A stretch of 63,311 nt of DNA, counting the filler, from Octopus bimaculoides (Eukaryota), in the NCBI RefSeq assembly GCF_001194135.2. It is 6 parts of 6 records of this genome, joined end to end, with 100 filler letters (N's around TTAATTAATTAA, not from the genome) between each part and the next. Parts side by side here need not be neighbours in the genome. Positions count along the whole stretch, not along the records: positions 1 to 22,955 come from NC_068983.1; 5 more parts are not named here. The stretch is one strand, 5' to 3'. The notes beneath the pieces were generated by a model, which searched no databases, was not told the origin of the DNA, and saw nothing but the letters and a program-made list of their open reading frames with translations. Positions 1-12,926 of the stretch are shown one piece after another. Positions within the stretch are counted from its first letter, which is position 1; each line of letters starts with the position of its first letter. The position numbers and the translations under genes are program-made.

Positions 1-797
1 GGGTTATATATCTTTAGATGTACACCTAACTTTCCTACATTAAATTGGAAGAGAACTGAACGCAGAAACTCCAAACTGATCAACAACAACAAATATTTAT
101 TGTTCGGTGGAAAATAAAACAGCTTCTAATTGTCCGGTTTTAGAGTAGCCTGAAATGTAGATGTACGGTTCTTCGAGCTGGTGTCGTTATAGAGACAACT
201 TGGTTCAACCACACTCAAATGGGAGAGCTTGCTTAGACGTCTTGCTTGGTCGCTGTCTGGCTTGGTAAGAGACAGTCTAATAGTGGGAACGCTTCGATGT
301 TGAAACCCACGCATGCGTGGTTAAGGATTCAGCAATGGCATCGGCCTTTTGGCGCCAATGTGACGTCACTACAAGCCGTTAAGGCTTTCTCACGAGGTCT
401 AATGTTATTTATCCATTCGCCCTTAAAATACCATGAAACACCATGGGGAATTTTCGAGGTTTCATTTAATTTAGGTCTCCCGATTGTTTGCCATATATCT
501 GTGTTATTTATTGAGAAGTCACTGCCTGTATCCAATTATAGCTTTACGTTTTTGTTATTAATTTTTACATACACAAATTTTCTTTGAAGCTCGATCGTAA
601 TTTTTGTCGCTGATAATCCGTTTCGGTGATTTTTTCTGTTAAACAGTTTTTTAGGTTCTGTCCTACAATGCGACTTTTTTATGGCCTATTTTACCATAAT
701 TGTAGCATTTTATATTTTTAAAAGGACAGTTATGTTTTAAATGTAGACCATCGCACCCATAACATTGATTCGGTTTAGATATTTTTTCTCTATATTC

Positions 798-1639
798 TTA
801 TCGGTCGACACGCTTGAATCTGAGAACAATCTTTCTCTTCAATTTTATTTGCGTCTGTTGTAGATTATTAATCCTCTGACATTTTTTTGCTACTGCCTGC
901 AGAGTTAAATGTTGGTCCTGTTCTAATTTTGTTAATATCGGGGAACGGGTATCTGCATCTTTGTTTGTAATAAGCTCTTGAACAAAAATTAAACACTTGA
1001 ACATGTCTGAGGTTAAGTCATTCAATTTGAATTTCTCACGCTCTTTATTAATTACTCCAGCATAGGTGACGGCATTTTCATCTTTTTTTGATCAAATTTT
1101 AACACTGTCAGCAAGTATTGAAAAGGGAACTTCTTTCACTGAAAATTTTCGATAATTGCTTCATCGAAACAACACTCTCACCTGGCTTCTTCGGCAGAAT
1201 ATAATTACTGTATATTTCGTGTTCTGCAGGGAATAACTTTCTTAAAAATAATCGTACTTTTTTCTCGTCGGACCAACCTTTACACTTTTCTTTGAAGATT
1301 TTTGTATCTACTAGAATATGAAGAAAAAGTAATACCTTCTGGGTTGTATTTGAATTCTCCAATTGAGTTTGCTACGCTGTATGGCGAGTACGAACCTATG
1401 AAGTATTTTCAGACTTCTTCAACATTAATTCCAGTTGGTTTTGTGTTGTTGCTGCTGCTCTTGCAACTGCATCACAGAGGACAATAAGTATTCCATGTTA
1501 AACGCAAGATTCGAACAACCCGTCGCCACTTTTATATCCTTGTATTGGATAAATAATATAATGAAGCAGGGGAGTGTGTGGAAAGTATATACACGATACA
1601 CTACTGTTACTATTACATGAGAGTGAACTCCCTATAACA
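798..1639 (-). mobile_element. Gypsy (K02A2.6-like) LTR retrotransposon 5' remnant: LTR, PBS and broken gag
   Basis: Minus ORFs 1108-1362 and 798-1025 read like gag (KKVRLFLRKL..EHEIYSNYILPKKP; KCLIFVQ..DADTRSPILTKLEQ) and match the copy at 15124-15399. PBS-like TGGCGACG at 1521-1528 (minus) abuts a candidate LTR 1530-1639 ending TATAACA. Confidence 0.75.
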
Positions 1640-2029
1640 AACGCTTTACCAACACAAACTATCAATCACTCACAGTTCTTTATTTTATAATAATGAGTCA
1701 GTCTACCTTTCAGTCACTTGGGGTGTGGTCGGAATCCTTCCATAACACATGCATTAACAAGTATTTTCATGATACAAGCCTCACAAGCATTCAACTTAGT
1801 AATTTCATGTATAAGTCTTTATGAGCATACTCAAGCTTCCAGGCTATTTTGCAAGCTCTGTGCTAAATATCCTCATCCAGAGTGGAAAAGCATAAAGAGT
1901 GTATTGGTAAGATCAATGACATAATGAACTACAGACAGTTTCAAGTCACACAAATACTGAGGTTCATAGTGATTATTTAAAGAGACGGGAATGAATATCA
2001 TTTTGTTTTAAAGAAATTTAAGTTCAATT

Positions 2030-2520
2030 ACAGTTGCAAGCATCTGAAAAATCTATCCATAATCTTTTGAAAGTTACCCTCTGAAAATGCAACTAGGTAA
2101 CAATCATTTGCATAAAGTATATCTCTAACTATGAGAGCAAACACCAAATGTTTACAGCAAGAAATTTTCTCCATGATAAAAATACAGTGAATAGCTTGTT
2201 TACTGGTCCAAAAGTGCTTTTAGCATATTCAAACTGGTAATAACACTGCATCTTATACTTTGTTTTGAAGTGCCATAAGTCTGAAAAACTTGCTGGTTGC
2301 ATGATCATGAATATATATAGTTGTATGACACTCCTGTCCTGAAAAACGATTATGAGAGAAAACAGAGTTTGAATAGGGATGTCTCATTGCAATACCTTAT
2401 TTTCAGACAGTTTACCATTGATTTTTTTATCCTTTGCTCTAGTACCATCATGAAACTATCTCAAAACAACAAATTTGGGTGGATAATCATATTATAATCC
2501 TGAATCCTTGACATGCTCCA
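2030..2520 (-). mobile_element. RTE-clade LINE reverse transcriptase remnant
   Basis: Manual minus-strand translation gives RDILYANDCYLVAFSEGNFQKIMDRF (decayed YADD motif) and an upstream P.KFV...FHDG-like segment, with frameshifts. Confidence 0.5.
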
Positions 2521-2785
2521 GCCTCTGGCCCACCAGCAAAGTAAACATAGTGATGTCACTTGGCACACTGCCTTATGATGGTCACTGCTAGCTCTCGCTA
2601 CACACACAACTACATGCTGCCATCTGTTGGCATGCTACAGAACTAGTCTGGGAACTTTTTGATACCACCTTGTACATACATACATTTATACACACACACT
2701 CTCACACATACATGTACCAACAGACAAAAGATAATCCCTCAGCTAGCTAAGGAATCTATGAACCAGTTCGGATTGAGCAGTATAT

Positions 2786-2931
2786 TTCTGAAAGTTGATT
2801 TGTGAAGAACAAATTTAGAGATCAGCTAAAAGAGACAACAGCATAAGGAGTGAATAGACAATTCACTTCTTTATGCTGCTGTCTCTTTTAGCTAATCTCT
2901 ATATTTGTGCTTCAGAAATCAACATTCAGAA
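2786..2931. repeat. Long hairpin, about 70-bp arms with a 5-nt loop (MITE-like)
   Basis: 2786-2855 is the near reverse complement of 2861-2931; loop is AGACA. Confidence 0.85.
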
Positions 2932-3064
2932 TTATCCTAATGGCATTTTAAAAGCTTACTTTATCATTTCAACATTAGTTGTCAATAGATTTTAAATTAT
3001 CTAAGACGGTATTGTTATCTTTTTTATCATAAGTAATTAAATCTTTAACCAAGTAAGACGTCAG

Positions 3065-3230
3065 AGGGTAAGTCAATCTAGCTGAGAGTTAGAAAATATC
3101 TTGCCACCATTTAATCTTATGAAAATATCCTCCAGAGTAGGTAGTGGATAGTGGCATGTTTTAAGACATTCATTTAAACCAGTGGAAAAATCAGCACACA
3201 ATGTTATATATACAAGAGGAGTTGATCTTT
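3065..3230 (-). mobile_element. Gypsy reverse transcriptase fragment
   Basis: Minus translation CADFSTGLNECLKTCHYPLPTLEDIFIRLNGGKIFS matches the N-terminal RT motif of K02A2.6-like elements. Confidence 0.6.
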
Positions 3231-3517
3231 GTACTATATACTGATGAAGCCCATTGATTTCACAATAGTTTCACTGTTTAGAGAGGTGAACAATATAATT
3301 TGTCATTTTCATATATTGCTAGGTAACTTGGGTTGTTAAGAATAAGTATCTTAGTTATATAAAGTATTGTACATAACCCTTGTGATACTGGGTGAAACAG
3401 TAAACCTTTATCTGGTTGTTGAGCCTGTAGATGTATACAGGAGTAAATTTCATTATAAAACATATTTGGATATAAATAATGTACAGAAGTAAAACAAAAT
3501 AAATAAAATAAACTTAC

Positions 3518-3676
3518 CATTTCCATTTTTTGAATTATCACTGTTAGGTCCAGTGTAAGACGATGGAGTTTCTCCCTTCTTCCTCCTCCATGTATATTCA
3601 TAAGGGTTCATGCAAGTAATTTCATATTCACAGAGTAGTGGATTATCAAAATCGCACATATGATTAGTGATCCCAG
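3518..3676 (-). CDS. Exon of tandem MAM-domain protein (N-terminal half of third visible MAM domain)
   Basis: 159 bp, phase 1-1, acceptor ttgttttatattttag and donor G|gtaagt. Encodes GITNHMCDFDNPLLCEYEITCMNPYEYTWRRKKGETPSSYTGPNSDNSKNGN, with the MAM motifs CDF..C, W.R..G.TPS..TGP..D. Confidence 0.88.
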
Positions 3677-3705
3677 CTAAAATATAAAACAATACCAATT
3701 TTTTA

Positions 3706-5889
3706 CACTGGTAGAAGGTTTACAAATTTAAAAGTTAGGATTACACTGATTTACAGAGAAATTGAGGCAAACATAAAATAATTGTTCTAACCTAATTTTG
3801 GGGTGCTGCTTTCAGATACAAAACCAGTTTTCACTCATCATCTCTAGTTTTTGAGATATACATTATTACGATTTTATGACAATTCACATAACCATATATA
3901 TGTATGATCAATTTTTATTTTGTTTTTCTGATTTTTGTGATACATATCTCTACAATGGCTTCAGGCACTTCAAAACACCAAGAATGCATCAACAAGGCAA
4001 ATTCATTCTGCTATGTGTGTGGAGATTTCATGACAGTTGCGCAGCACCAAACAATTACTTCCCTCCCAGGAACTGGTTACTTTCATTATTTTGACTGTAA
4101 AATTGGAGATCAGGACAAATCCTGGGCCCCATACATCTGTTGTAAATCCTGCTACAGTGGACTAACTGTATGATTTAACGGCAAGAAAGCAGCCTTCAAC
4201 TTTGCTGTCCCAATGGTCTGGAGAGAGTCACGAAGCCATACAGATGATCATTATTTTTTCTAACAAATATAACAGATTTCAATGTTTCTTCTACAAAAAA
4301 GATCAAATATCTCAACCTTCCCTCAGCTATGAGACTATTTCCCACTTATATGATCTCCTTGTCCCTACACTCACAGCAAATAAGGATCTTCTTCCTTCAC
4401 CAGATGAAGAAATGCTTTAAGGAAAAGATCCTGCCAAATTGATCTCTTCTGAAGACAATGTCTGTTTATTCAAGAACAAGTGGCAATGAGCCCCACTGGA
4501 GCATTCAGGAAGACCTGAATGACCTTACCTGTGATTTGTATCTATTAAAGTAGCAGTCAGAGCTTATGGCATCCTGGCTAAAGCAGTGGAACCTGCTCAA
4601 TGCAGATGTAAGAATCAGCAGTTTCAGGACACAAAACCAGGACTTTGCTTCATTCTTTGATATGGAAAACAGGTTGTGCTACTGCACAAATGTCTCTGGC
4701 TTGTTCATCTTCCTTGGTTTCCCACACAATCCCTCAGACTGGCGACTTTTCATAGACTCTTCCAAGTGAAGTCTGAAGGCTGTGCTCTTGCACAATGGGA
4801 ATAAATACTCCAGCATTCCCATTGCCTACTCAGTCCATCTGAAGGAGTCATACGACAATATGGAGCTCCTTCTGGAAGCTGTCAAGTACAACTGATACCA
4901 GTGGAGTTTCTGTGGGGATCTCAAGGTTATTGGGCTCCTTATGGGTATGCAAGCGGGCTTCACAAAGTACTGTTGCTTTCTCTGTCTCTGGGAAAGTCAG
5001 GCTCTATCCAAGCACTACAAGCAGAAGGACTGGGGATTTAGGAGCACTTTCGTGCCTGGTGAACACAGTGTGCAAGAAAATCCTCTGGTTTACATGAACA
5101 AGCTGCTTCTCCTCTTCATCTCAAGCTTGGTTTAATGAAGAATTTCGTGAAGGCCATGGACAAAAATGGTGTTACCTTCAAACACTTGTGCACTTTGTTC
5201 CTAGCTCTGAGTTCTGCTAAGCTCAAGGAGGGCATCTTTGTTGGACCTCAGATCTGAGAGGTGCTGGAGGATAAGGACTTTGAGGAACTTAAAGGAACCT
5301 TAAAGGAACTGAGAGCATGGGAAGCATTTAAGTCAGTCTGCCATGGCTTCCTTGGTAACACACAGGTACTAGATTACAAAGAGTATATTGAGAAGCTGTT
5401 ACAGTCTTATGAGGATATGGAATGACAAATGTCACTCAAAATTCATTTTCTCCACTCACACCTCAACTTATTCCCTCTGAAGCTCAGAGCAGTGAGTGAT
5501 GAGCATGGAGAAAGGTTCTACCAAAATATTACTAAGATGGAGAGCAATTACCACTCTTGCATGATATCCCAGAGGCAAAGTAAACAAGATCGTCCCCAAA
5601 AAACTCACTATGATTTGTGTGTATTATTTTATGCAAGTAATTTAGTTCCATCGATGTTCTGTATCTATGCTGTATTTTTTTCTGTAATATGTCTTTGTAA
5701 GAGATGAAATAAACATATTTTGAATTTATATGCAGTATAATTAAAATGGGATATGTGAAAGAAAAAAAAAACACTTGTGGCGTAGAGCAAAACTATTCAG
5801 AAAATTGAATTCATCACATCAAAATTGGTAAATAACACCTATTCATATCCTTGTCTCAGAGCAAAAAAAAAAACTTTTGTAAACCAGTG
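3706..5889 (+). mobile_element. Chapaev3-type (CMC superfamily) DNA transposon, full length, transposase decayed
   Basis: CACTGGT...ACCAGTG termini with TTA on both sides (3703-3705, 5890-5892). Interrupted transposase from about 3955 to 5560 (FCYVCGDF, WRLFIDSSK, GFTKYCCFLCLW, MSLKIHFLHSHL, AVSDEHGERF). Family assignment is from the CAC/GTG ends plus TWA TSD. Confidence 0.75.
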
Positions 5890-6308
5890 TTATAGATGAA
5901 TGACTTAACATCAGTATAACAGGTGATTATTTTACTGATTCTGAAGAGAACAAAAAAATATGCTGTATGAGTAGTAATTCGAACTGAAATAGAGAGAGAG
6001 AGAGAGCTATGAATAAGGCAGTTCTTTGTTATACTGACCTTGCCATTTCCCTTTCATCTTCAAGCACATATATAAAATAATAATGATTTCCAACATAAGC
6101 ACATTTACAGTATGGGGCCAATTAATTAAATTGACTTCAGTACATGAATGCACTTATTTTATCAACCTCAGAAGGACGAGAAACTAAATTAAATTTGGCA
6201 GGATTTGAACTAAAAAATAATGGAATGTAAATAAATAGGATAATGAACTTTGTCACATTAACACTTCTGTTAATTCACTGTTCTTGCATATAATATAACA
6301 AATAAATC

Positions 6309-6341
<33 letters not shown>

Positions 6342-6551
6342 CCACCATCATCATCATCATCATCATTGCAACCACAAATATCATTATCATTGTAATTTTA
6401 ATTTCAATTTTCCTATACACAGAACAAATCATCAGGCTATATTGATTTGACAATTTGTATTTGAAAGACATTACATACCATAGAAATTGTGAATTGATTA
6501 TAAAGAATTAATTCTATATAGGTTTTGATATTTAAAAGATGCAAGGTCATG

Positions 6552-6772
6552 AGCTGAAAGAATTGTTAGCATGCCAGGCAAAATGTTTAGTGGCATTTTG
6601 TCCATCTCTACAGAGTGCTTGGCATTAGGAAGAGCATCCAGACGTAGAAACCATGCCAATTTAGATTGGAACCTGGTGCAGTTCCCCAGATTAACAGTTT
6701 TCAGTTAAATCATCCAACCTATGCCAGCATGGAAATGGACATTAAATGATGATGATGATGATGATGATGATA
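6552..6772 (+). mobile_element. SINE remnant with (ATG)n tail
   Basis: Shares the ggcattaggaag.gcatccag...catggaaa...attaaatgatgatg 3' end with copies at 10670, 20050 and 23115. Confidence 0.7.
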
Positions 6773-7065
6773 TCCTTTTACCTTCTATTTTGTAGATCCT
6801 CATTGCCTCCATCATTTTATACTTAACGCATCCCACCTAGATTATAACTGATAGAATATCCTCTCTGTTACAACATTTGCAATTGATAGAACACCACTAG
6901 GTCATTTCTTCTCATGGTTTGGAGTTATACACTGATTAATAAAATGCATACAATTAATCTAACTTTCCAGTTCTTTTCACTAATTTACTTATATGATATC
7001 TAGTTTCCATTGTCCATTAGCATATTTCTTTCGTTCCTGTACCTTATAATCTCTCTATACTTAAA

Positions 7066-7150
7066 CTTTGATTTGTCATATTTAATTTTCTTATATTTAT
7101 CCTATTCATTTATCTTTGATTTGTCATATTTAATTTTTTATATTTATCCT
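7066..7150. repeat. 48-bp tandem duplication
   Basis: ctttgatttgtcatatttaatttt..tatatttatcct starts at 7066 and again at 7114. Confidence 0.8.
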
Positions 7151-7436
7151 TCGATTCCCAATGCACATACACCTTATTAACATTACAAATTTAAAAATTT
7201 TTATTAATATTATAGACATTAATTTCTAGTACAATTATAACCAGGTGAGCCTCAAATCTCCCCTCACTTCTAGTAGTAACATGCTTCCTGTAGTTTCAGA
7301 TATTTCATTATCTTTAACAACTGCTTTATTACCATTATAAACCTTTCCCTCCCACTCTTTCCACTTTAGAACTATGGCCAGCACTGGTGGTCAGCTAAAG
7401 CATGACAATATCTGACATCTGCTATTCTTCATCCCT

Positions 7437-7468
<32 letters not shown>

Positions 7469-8679
7469 AAATGTACCCACTAACTCCTTTTGATTAACAC
7501 CTGCTCTATACAGACTAGTATATATCTACTTTACTACATCTACCTGTCTGTCTTTTCTTCACACTGTAGTATAATACTCCTAGTCAATCCTTATTCAATT
7601 TTACTATACCTTGCCATGGATTACCATTGAACATTCTTATTTGAAACTGTTACTGGACCCTACCTATAACTATTATTTATTTGATCATGGAACTACATAA
7701 CACATACCCATCTTACACTGACACTGCTCTCATTTTTGACAAACTGGAATATAGTGACATCTTCAACTGAGAATATTCCCTCATTTTTACATCTCTCTGA
7801 TTTCTTCCTCTTTTATGACAAAATACTCAGTTTATGGAGTCTTTACTCAATATCAAAGTCCACATACTTGGCTAGTCTAGAAACAGCTGTAAGAGACCCT
7901 CTACATGTTTATATTCCCTATCTAAATTAAATGTTTTTTTCAAATGATGTCAAACGTTTTGGTTTTTCATTTTGATTTTAGTCTCTCTCTCTATCTCTCT
8001 CTCCCTCTCATATATATNNNNNNNNNNNNNNNNNNNNNNNNNNNNNNNNNNNNNNNNNNNNNNNNNNNNNNNNNNNNNNNNNNNNNNNNNNNNNNNNNNN
8101 NNNNNNNNNNNNNNNNNNNNNNNNNNNNNNNNNNNNNNNNNNNNNNNNNNNNNNNNNNNNNNNNNNNNNNNNNNNNNNNNNNNNNNNNNNNNNNNNNNNN
8201 NNNNNNNNNNNNNNNNNNNNNNNNNNNNNNNNNNNNNNNNNNNNNNNNNNNNNNNNNNNNNNNNNNNNNNNNNNNNNNNNNNNNNNNNNNNNNNNNNNNN
8301 NNNNNNNNNNNNNNNNNNNNNNNNNNNNNNNNNNNNNNNNNNNNNNNNNNNNNNNNNNNNNNNNNNNNNNNNNNNNNNNNNNNNNNNNNNNNNNNNNNNN
8401 NNNNNNNNNNNNNNNNNNNNNNNNNNNNNNNNNNNNNNNNNNNNNNNNNNNNNNNNNNNNNNNNNNNNNNNNNNNNNNNNNNNNNNNNNNNNNNNNNNNN
8501 NNNNNNNNNNNNNNNNNNNNNNNNNNNNNNNNNNNNNNNNNNNNNNNNNNNNNNNNNNNNNNNNNNNNNNNNNNNNNNNNNNNNNNNNNNNNNNNNNNNN
8601 NNNNNNNNNNNNNNNNNNNNNNNNNNNNNNNNNNNNNNNNNNNNNNNNNNNNTATATATATATATATATATATATATAT

Positions 8680-8990
8680 CATCATCATCGTCATCATCAT
8701 TAATATCCATTGTTCATGTTGACATGGGTTGAATGGTTTGACCAGGGCTGGCAAGCTGAGGGGCTGTACCAAACTCCAGTCTGATTTGGCATGGTTTCTA
8801 TGGCTGGATGCACCAGTATCTGCCATGATTAGGATTTCACTTAGCTTGAGGGGTACTCTACTCAAGTATGGCATATTGCCGAAGGTCTCAGTCATTTCTC
8901 ATTGTCTCCATGGGGCCAATTGCTCAAAAGGAGCTTTTTATGTGCCACTGGCACAGGTGCTAGTTATGCGACAAGTATTTATTACAAGTT
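8680..8990 (-). mobile_element. SINE remnant, (ATG)n-tail family
   Basis: (CAT)n tail followed by the reverse complement of the family 3' end (catgggttg..., ggctggatg). Confidence 0.65.
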
Positions 8991-9378
8991 TTAGTCACTC
9001 GTTACTTATTCTAAAGTAGTAACCCACACCCATTCCATCAAAATATTGCCATATCCCACCATTGGGGCATGTGCCTCACTTTGAGAAACACTGGTATTGA
9101 TAATAACGAGTATAGATAATAGAACATCTTTGTATAGTGGTGGGTGTTGTTATTCAATCCTAGGTCAGGTCTGTTTGACCAAATTTGTAATCAAAGACCT
9201 TCCAACTGTGAAAGTAGATGTTGTTTAGAAAACAAAACTAAAAGTAATCTAATTTAATTAAAATTTAAGAAATAAAGTTTCTCATAAGAAAAGATGAAAC
9301 AAAATTAAAACACTTAAAGAAAGCAAAGCCACAAAATCCATTCAGCACTTGCAAAGAGAGTAAAACAATTCTACTTAC

Positions 9379-9741
9379 TTCGACAGTAGCCTTTATCAAC
9401 AAGTAAATCATCAAGACCGATTTTTGAATATCTATCTCTAGCAAAACCAGTGAATACAATTCTTCCACTTTTACTGGGTAAATCCATACAACCATACTGC
9501 CACTCAGTTCCACGGTCTCCAGAATCTTGCCAGAAATATGGTTTTTCAGTAAACCATGATTTAAGTCCTTCTTCCTCAAATCTTACTTGTAGTGATTTAG
9601 TTCCAGTCCCAGGCATGTAATAGAGAAATTCAAGTTTCATCTTTTCATTTGGAATATCAATTACAGGTGACCTTATAGAGTTCCTCGTGCCTGAGTAGTA
9701 GTAGTAGTAGTAAGAATAAGAAGTAAATAGCAGATAGTTTC
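9379..9741 (-). CDS. Exon of tandem MAM-domain protein (C-terminal part of second visible MAM domain)
   Basis: 363 bp, phase 1-1, acceptor ttttttgtctgttttacag and donor A|gtaagt. Open frame NYLLFTSYSYYYYYYSGTRNSIRSPVIDIPNEKMKLEFLYYMPG...WQDSGDRGTEW...RIVFTG...IGLDDLLVDKGYCR carries the MAM motifs F.YYM.G, W..SG..G..W and LDD..C. Confidence 0.9.
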
Positions 9742-10669
9742 CTGTAAAACAGACAAAAAAGTTTTGATTATTTCATTAATATTTGATGCTAATGCAAGTT
9801 ATTTGCTATGATAAGAATAAGTTCTAAATCAAGTAATATATAAATGGACAAAAATGATTTCCTGTAATAAGTTAGAAAAATATCTATAATAACATAAGTT
9901 TAACTACTATCAGGTCCATGATTGACCAGTTAGATTCCCCCCATTCGCTTCTAATTTACAGTGTTAAATATTCTGTAGTATTTTATTATATTCCAAGTTC
10001 AAATGACATCATAGCATACTTAGTTTTTCATATCCTGAAGTTGATTTAATTTACTTAGATCCCTCTGTTACACTTCTATGGCTTTATGTGAATGTAAGAA
10101 ATCAGTATACTGATTTTTTGCATTGACACAAAAATAGTCAAACGACTGGTTTATTCAGAAATATATTACAGTAAGTTATGCAACTGTCATGGTTTTTATA
10201 GACTAAATGGCAAATGCATTATCATAAAAAATGGCAAAGGAGATGTGCTGAAAATTATTGTTCCACCTTGTAGAGCAAGTTCATGTGGATGGCAATCTCT
10301 GTCATCATCAAACAGAGTAGGGTGTTAATTTGAGAACCCTGGACATTGAATGATTGTCAGTATTAACTTTTGGTCTGTTTCATGTAGTTGGTGATACTTG
10401 TAGTAAAGTCATTGTTCTTGTTAGCGGCTGTGTAGTACCATGAAACATGTTTGTTAAATGCTGAGCAATGGTGAGAACTACACCACTTCAAGTTGCAGTA
10501 ATAATGCCATATGTTGTGGATACCCACAAGACTGAAGCATATATCCTGGACCAGAAAGACAATTCTTTCAGCTTGTTAAACACTATACATAAGCAGATAT
10601 GAGCATACTTTGCCTGCTTCATAATACTTTTAGTAAGTACTAACATGGAAGCCTATGGCAGTATTGTGC

Positions 10670-10972
10670 TGAGACATTCGAGCGAGATCGTTGCCAGTGC
10701 TGTTGGACTGGTTCCTGTGCAGGTGGCACGTAAAATACACCATTTTGAGCGCGGCCGTTGCCAGTACCACCAGACAGGCCTTCGTGCCGGTGGTACATAA
10801 AAGCACCCACTACACTCTCAGAGTGGTTGGCATTAGGAAGGGCATCCAGCTGTAGAAACTCTGCCAAATCAGATTGGAGCCTGGTGTAGCCATCTGGTTC
10901 ACCAGTCCTCAGTCAAATCGTCCAACCCATGCTAGCATGGAAAGCGGACATTAAATGATGATGATGATGAAT
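10670..10972 (+). mobile_element. SINE, (ATG)n-tail family, with two internal ~62-bp units
   Basis: Two gttgccagt...actgg...ggcacgtaaaa units precede the conserved 3' end and (ATG)n tail. Confidence 0.8.
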
Positions 10973-11689
10973 GTGAAACAATTGATGACAATTGTCCAAA
11001 ACTGTTTATATTGGTGAGCACTTGTTAAAGAAATCATCTGAGGTCATTTGTTGATCTAATGGTGCAAGGAGGGTGTTGTTTCTTAATTATGTAGATATAA
11101 TATAAATAAAAAGAGAAATATCATCAAATAATACCATTTACAATTTATTTATTTTAGCCAATTATTTATATATATATATATATTTATTTATTTATTTGAC
11201 TTTTTGTCTGGATAAATTAGGGATTTACTGAATTAATTCTCATTTCTGACTGCTGTGCAATATCTTCCTTTCAGAAAATCTATACTATTCAGTACAAGAA
11301 AGAATATAACACAATGATTGCAATGGTATTTAAACACACTATAGTATAGAGATCCAGCAGCTTAAACACTTTTAATTATGAATTTTTTTTATCATTTCAT
11401 TAAAGATGACCTCGTATAGGCCTCAAAAGAGAAAAACACTTTAGCTAAAGGATTCTTTATACTTATTTTAGTAATTTAAAACTAAGATAAATTTTATTTT
11501 AGGATAAATGTAAAAATAACATAATAATATATGAATGTATCATATAATCTTGGTAGGGAAGCAGAATTGGACAAAGGGGGTTGGTGCAGTCAGAGAAGTA
11601 ATATACATTCATCTGTTCTTTCATTATTGAGTGTTGAGAGAAGGAATGAAATGAGTGGACATAAGTAGAGTTCATAAATAACATGCCAG

Positions 11690-12900
11690 TTTTGAAGAGC
11701 AGAGACTTTTGTAGTAGAGGCAGATGAGGTTGAGTGAAAATACTGCATCTTTCGACTGAATGTCATTGATTGAATGGTTGTGTGTAATATCAGTAGAGAC
11801 ATCTAACCTTGTGGGTCCTATTTGAGCTTTGTAGAAATGATTAGGACTAAGTAAATTTTTTGTTTCTAAAGAGAATGGCTAGTCTTTGAGACACTGTTTG
11901 AACAGTGTGTGTGATGTGTTAGTGCTAGGGATGATCATCTGTGATTTGTAGGAAGCTGAATAGTTAAAAAAAAATTGTCTTATACCAGAGAAGTAACAGA
12001 AGAAGAATAATGTTTTCTTGATAAGTGGCTTGTCCACAACAATCTTGTGTTGTTGAAGGAAATAAAATTCTTGTGTCTCCCAAGGAGAATATTTCCAAGT
12101 CAGTTCAATGGGCAATATAGGTTTGACATGAAATGTCTAGGCTGTATGAAGATGATGTTTGTGTATGGAAGTTTGGAGGTGGCAGTAAGTAGGCTATTAA
12201 TGCACAGAAAGGAATGTGTTGGTGACACAACTGAGCTGTATACACTAGAGCTCATAGAGTGTAGCTGAGCAAGAGTTTTGCCTGTACATACTACAATAGT
12301 ACAAACTGATAAGAATCTTTTAATCCAAGAGACTAGAGCCCAATATGAGATTTTATCAAGATTTCCATACCAGACACACTCAAATGTCTTGTTGATGTCA
12401 AGTGTTATGACATTGTTTTCATGAAATTTTCCAAGTGTGAGATGGCTGCTGGTAAATGACATCAAAGAGAGAGTTAACAATAGAATTATGGAAGCTGTAC
12501 TGATGTTGGAGAAGCTAGTTATTAGCAACTGTGTTCAAATTTTTGAGATGTTGGAAGTTAGAGTAATAAGTCAATACTTCACAAGATCAGAGAGATAGTA
12601 TTTCTTGGACATGAGATTCATTGTAGTATGCTTCAAAACGTGAAGACAGATTCCTGTTTAGAGAGAGAGAAAGACTGAAAACTTTTAGGAAGATTAGAAG
12701 ATGAATTTAGGAGGAACTGTTTGAGAGTGATGAAAGGTACATTGGTAGGGCAGTGATTTTATTGATTTGGAATGACAAGAGGTGTATTTACATGTGGTAT
12801 TGTGTTCCTGGTAATGGGACAGGAAGAATACAGAAAGGAAGTTTTACAGGCATTTTGCTAAGCCTTTACATTACTGAACTTAAAAAAGCTGGTTGGAATG
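11690..12900 (-). mobile_element. CR1-like LINE reverse transcriptase remnant
   Basis: Minus ORF 12100-12528 contains LDINKTFECVW and VVSPTHSFLCINSLL, decayed forms of LDISKAFDRVW and SVLSPTLFLLFINDLL. Ends are approximate. Confidence 0.7.
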
Positions 12901-12926
12901 AGACTAAAGTTTAGTGAATTAACATC

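Noticed and set aside
2-764. Possible solo LTR at the window start
   Set aside because: One end (cataaca at 764) fits, but the other end is imperfect and at the window edge, and no TSD can be checked.
7944-8895. Long ORFs here and at 16099-16779, 19131-20176 and 45826-46356
   Set aside because: They are open only because they run through N gaps.
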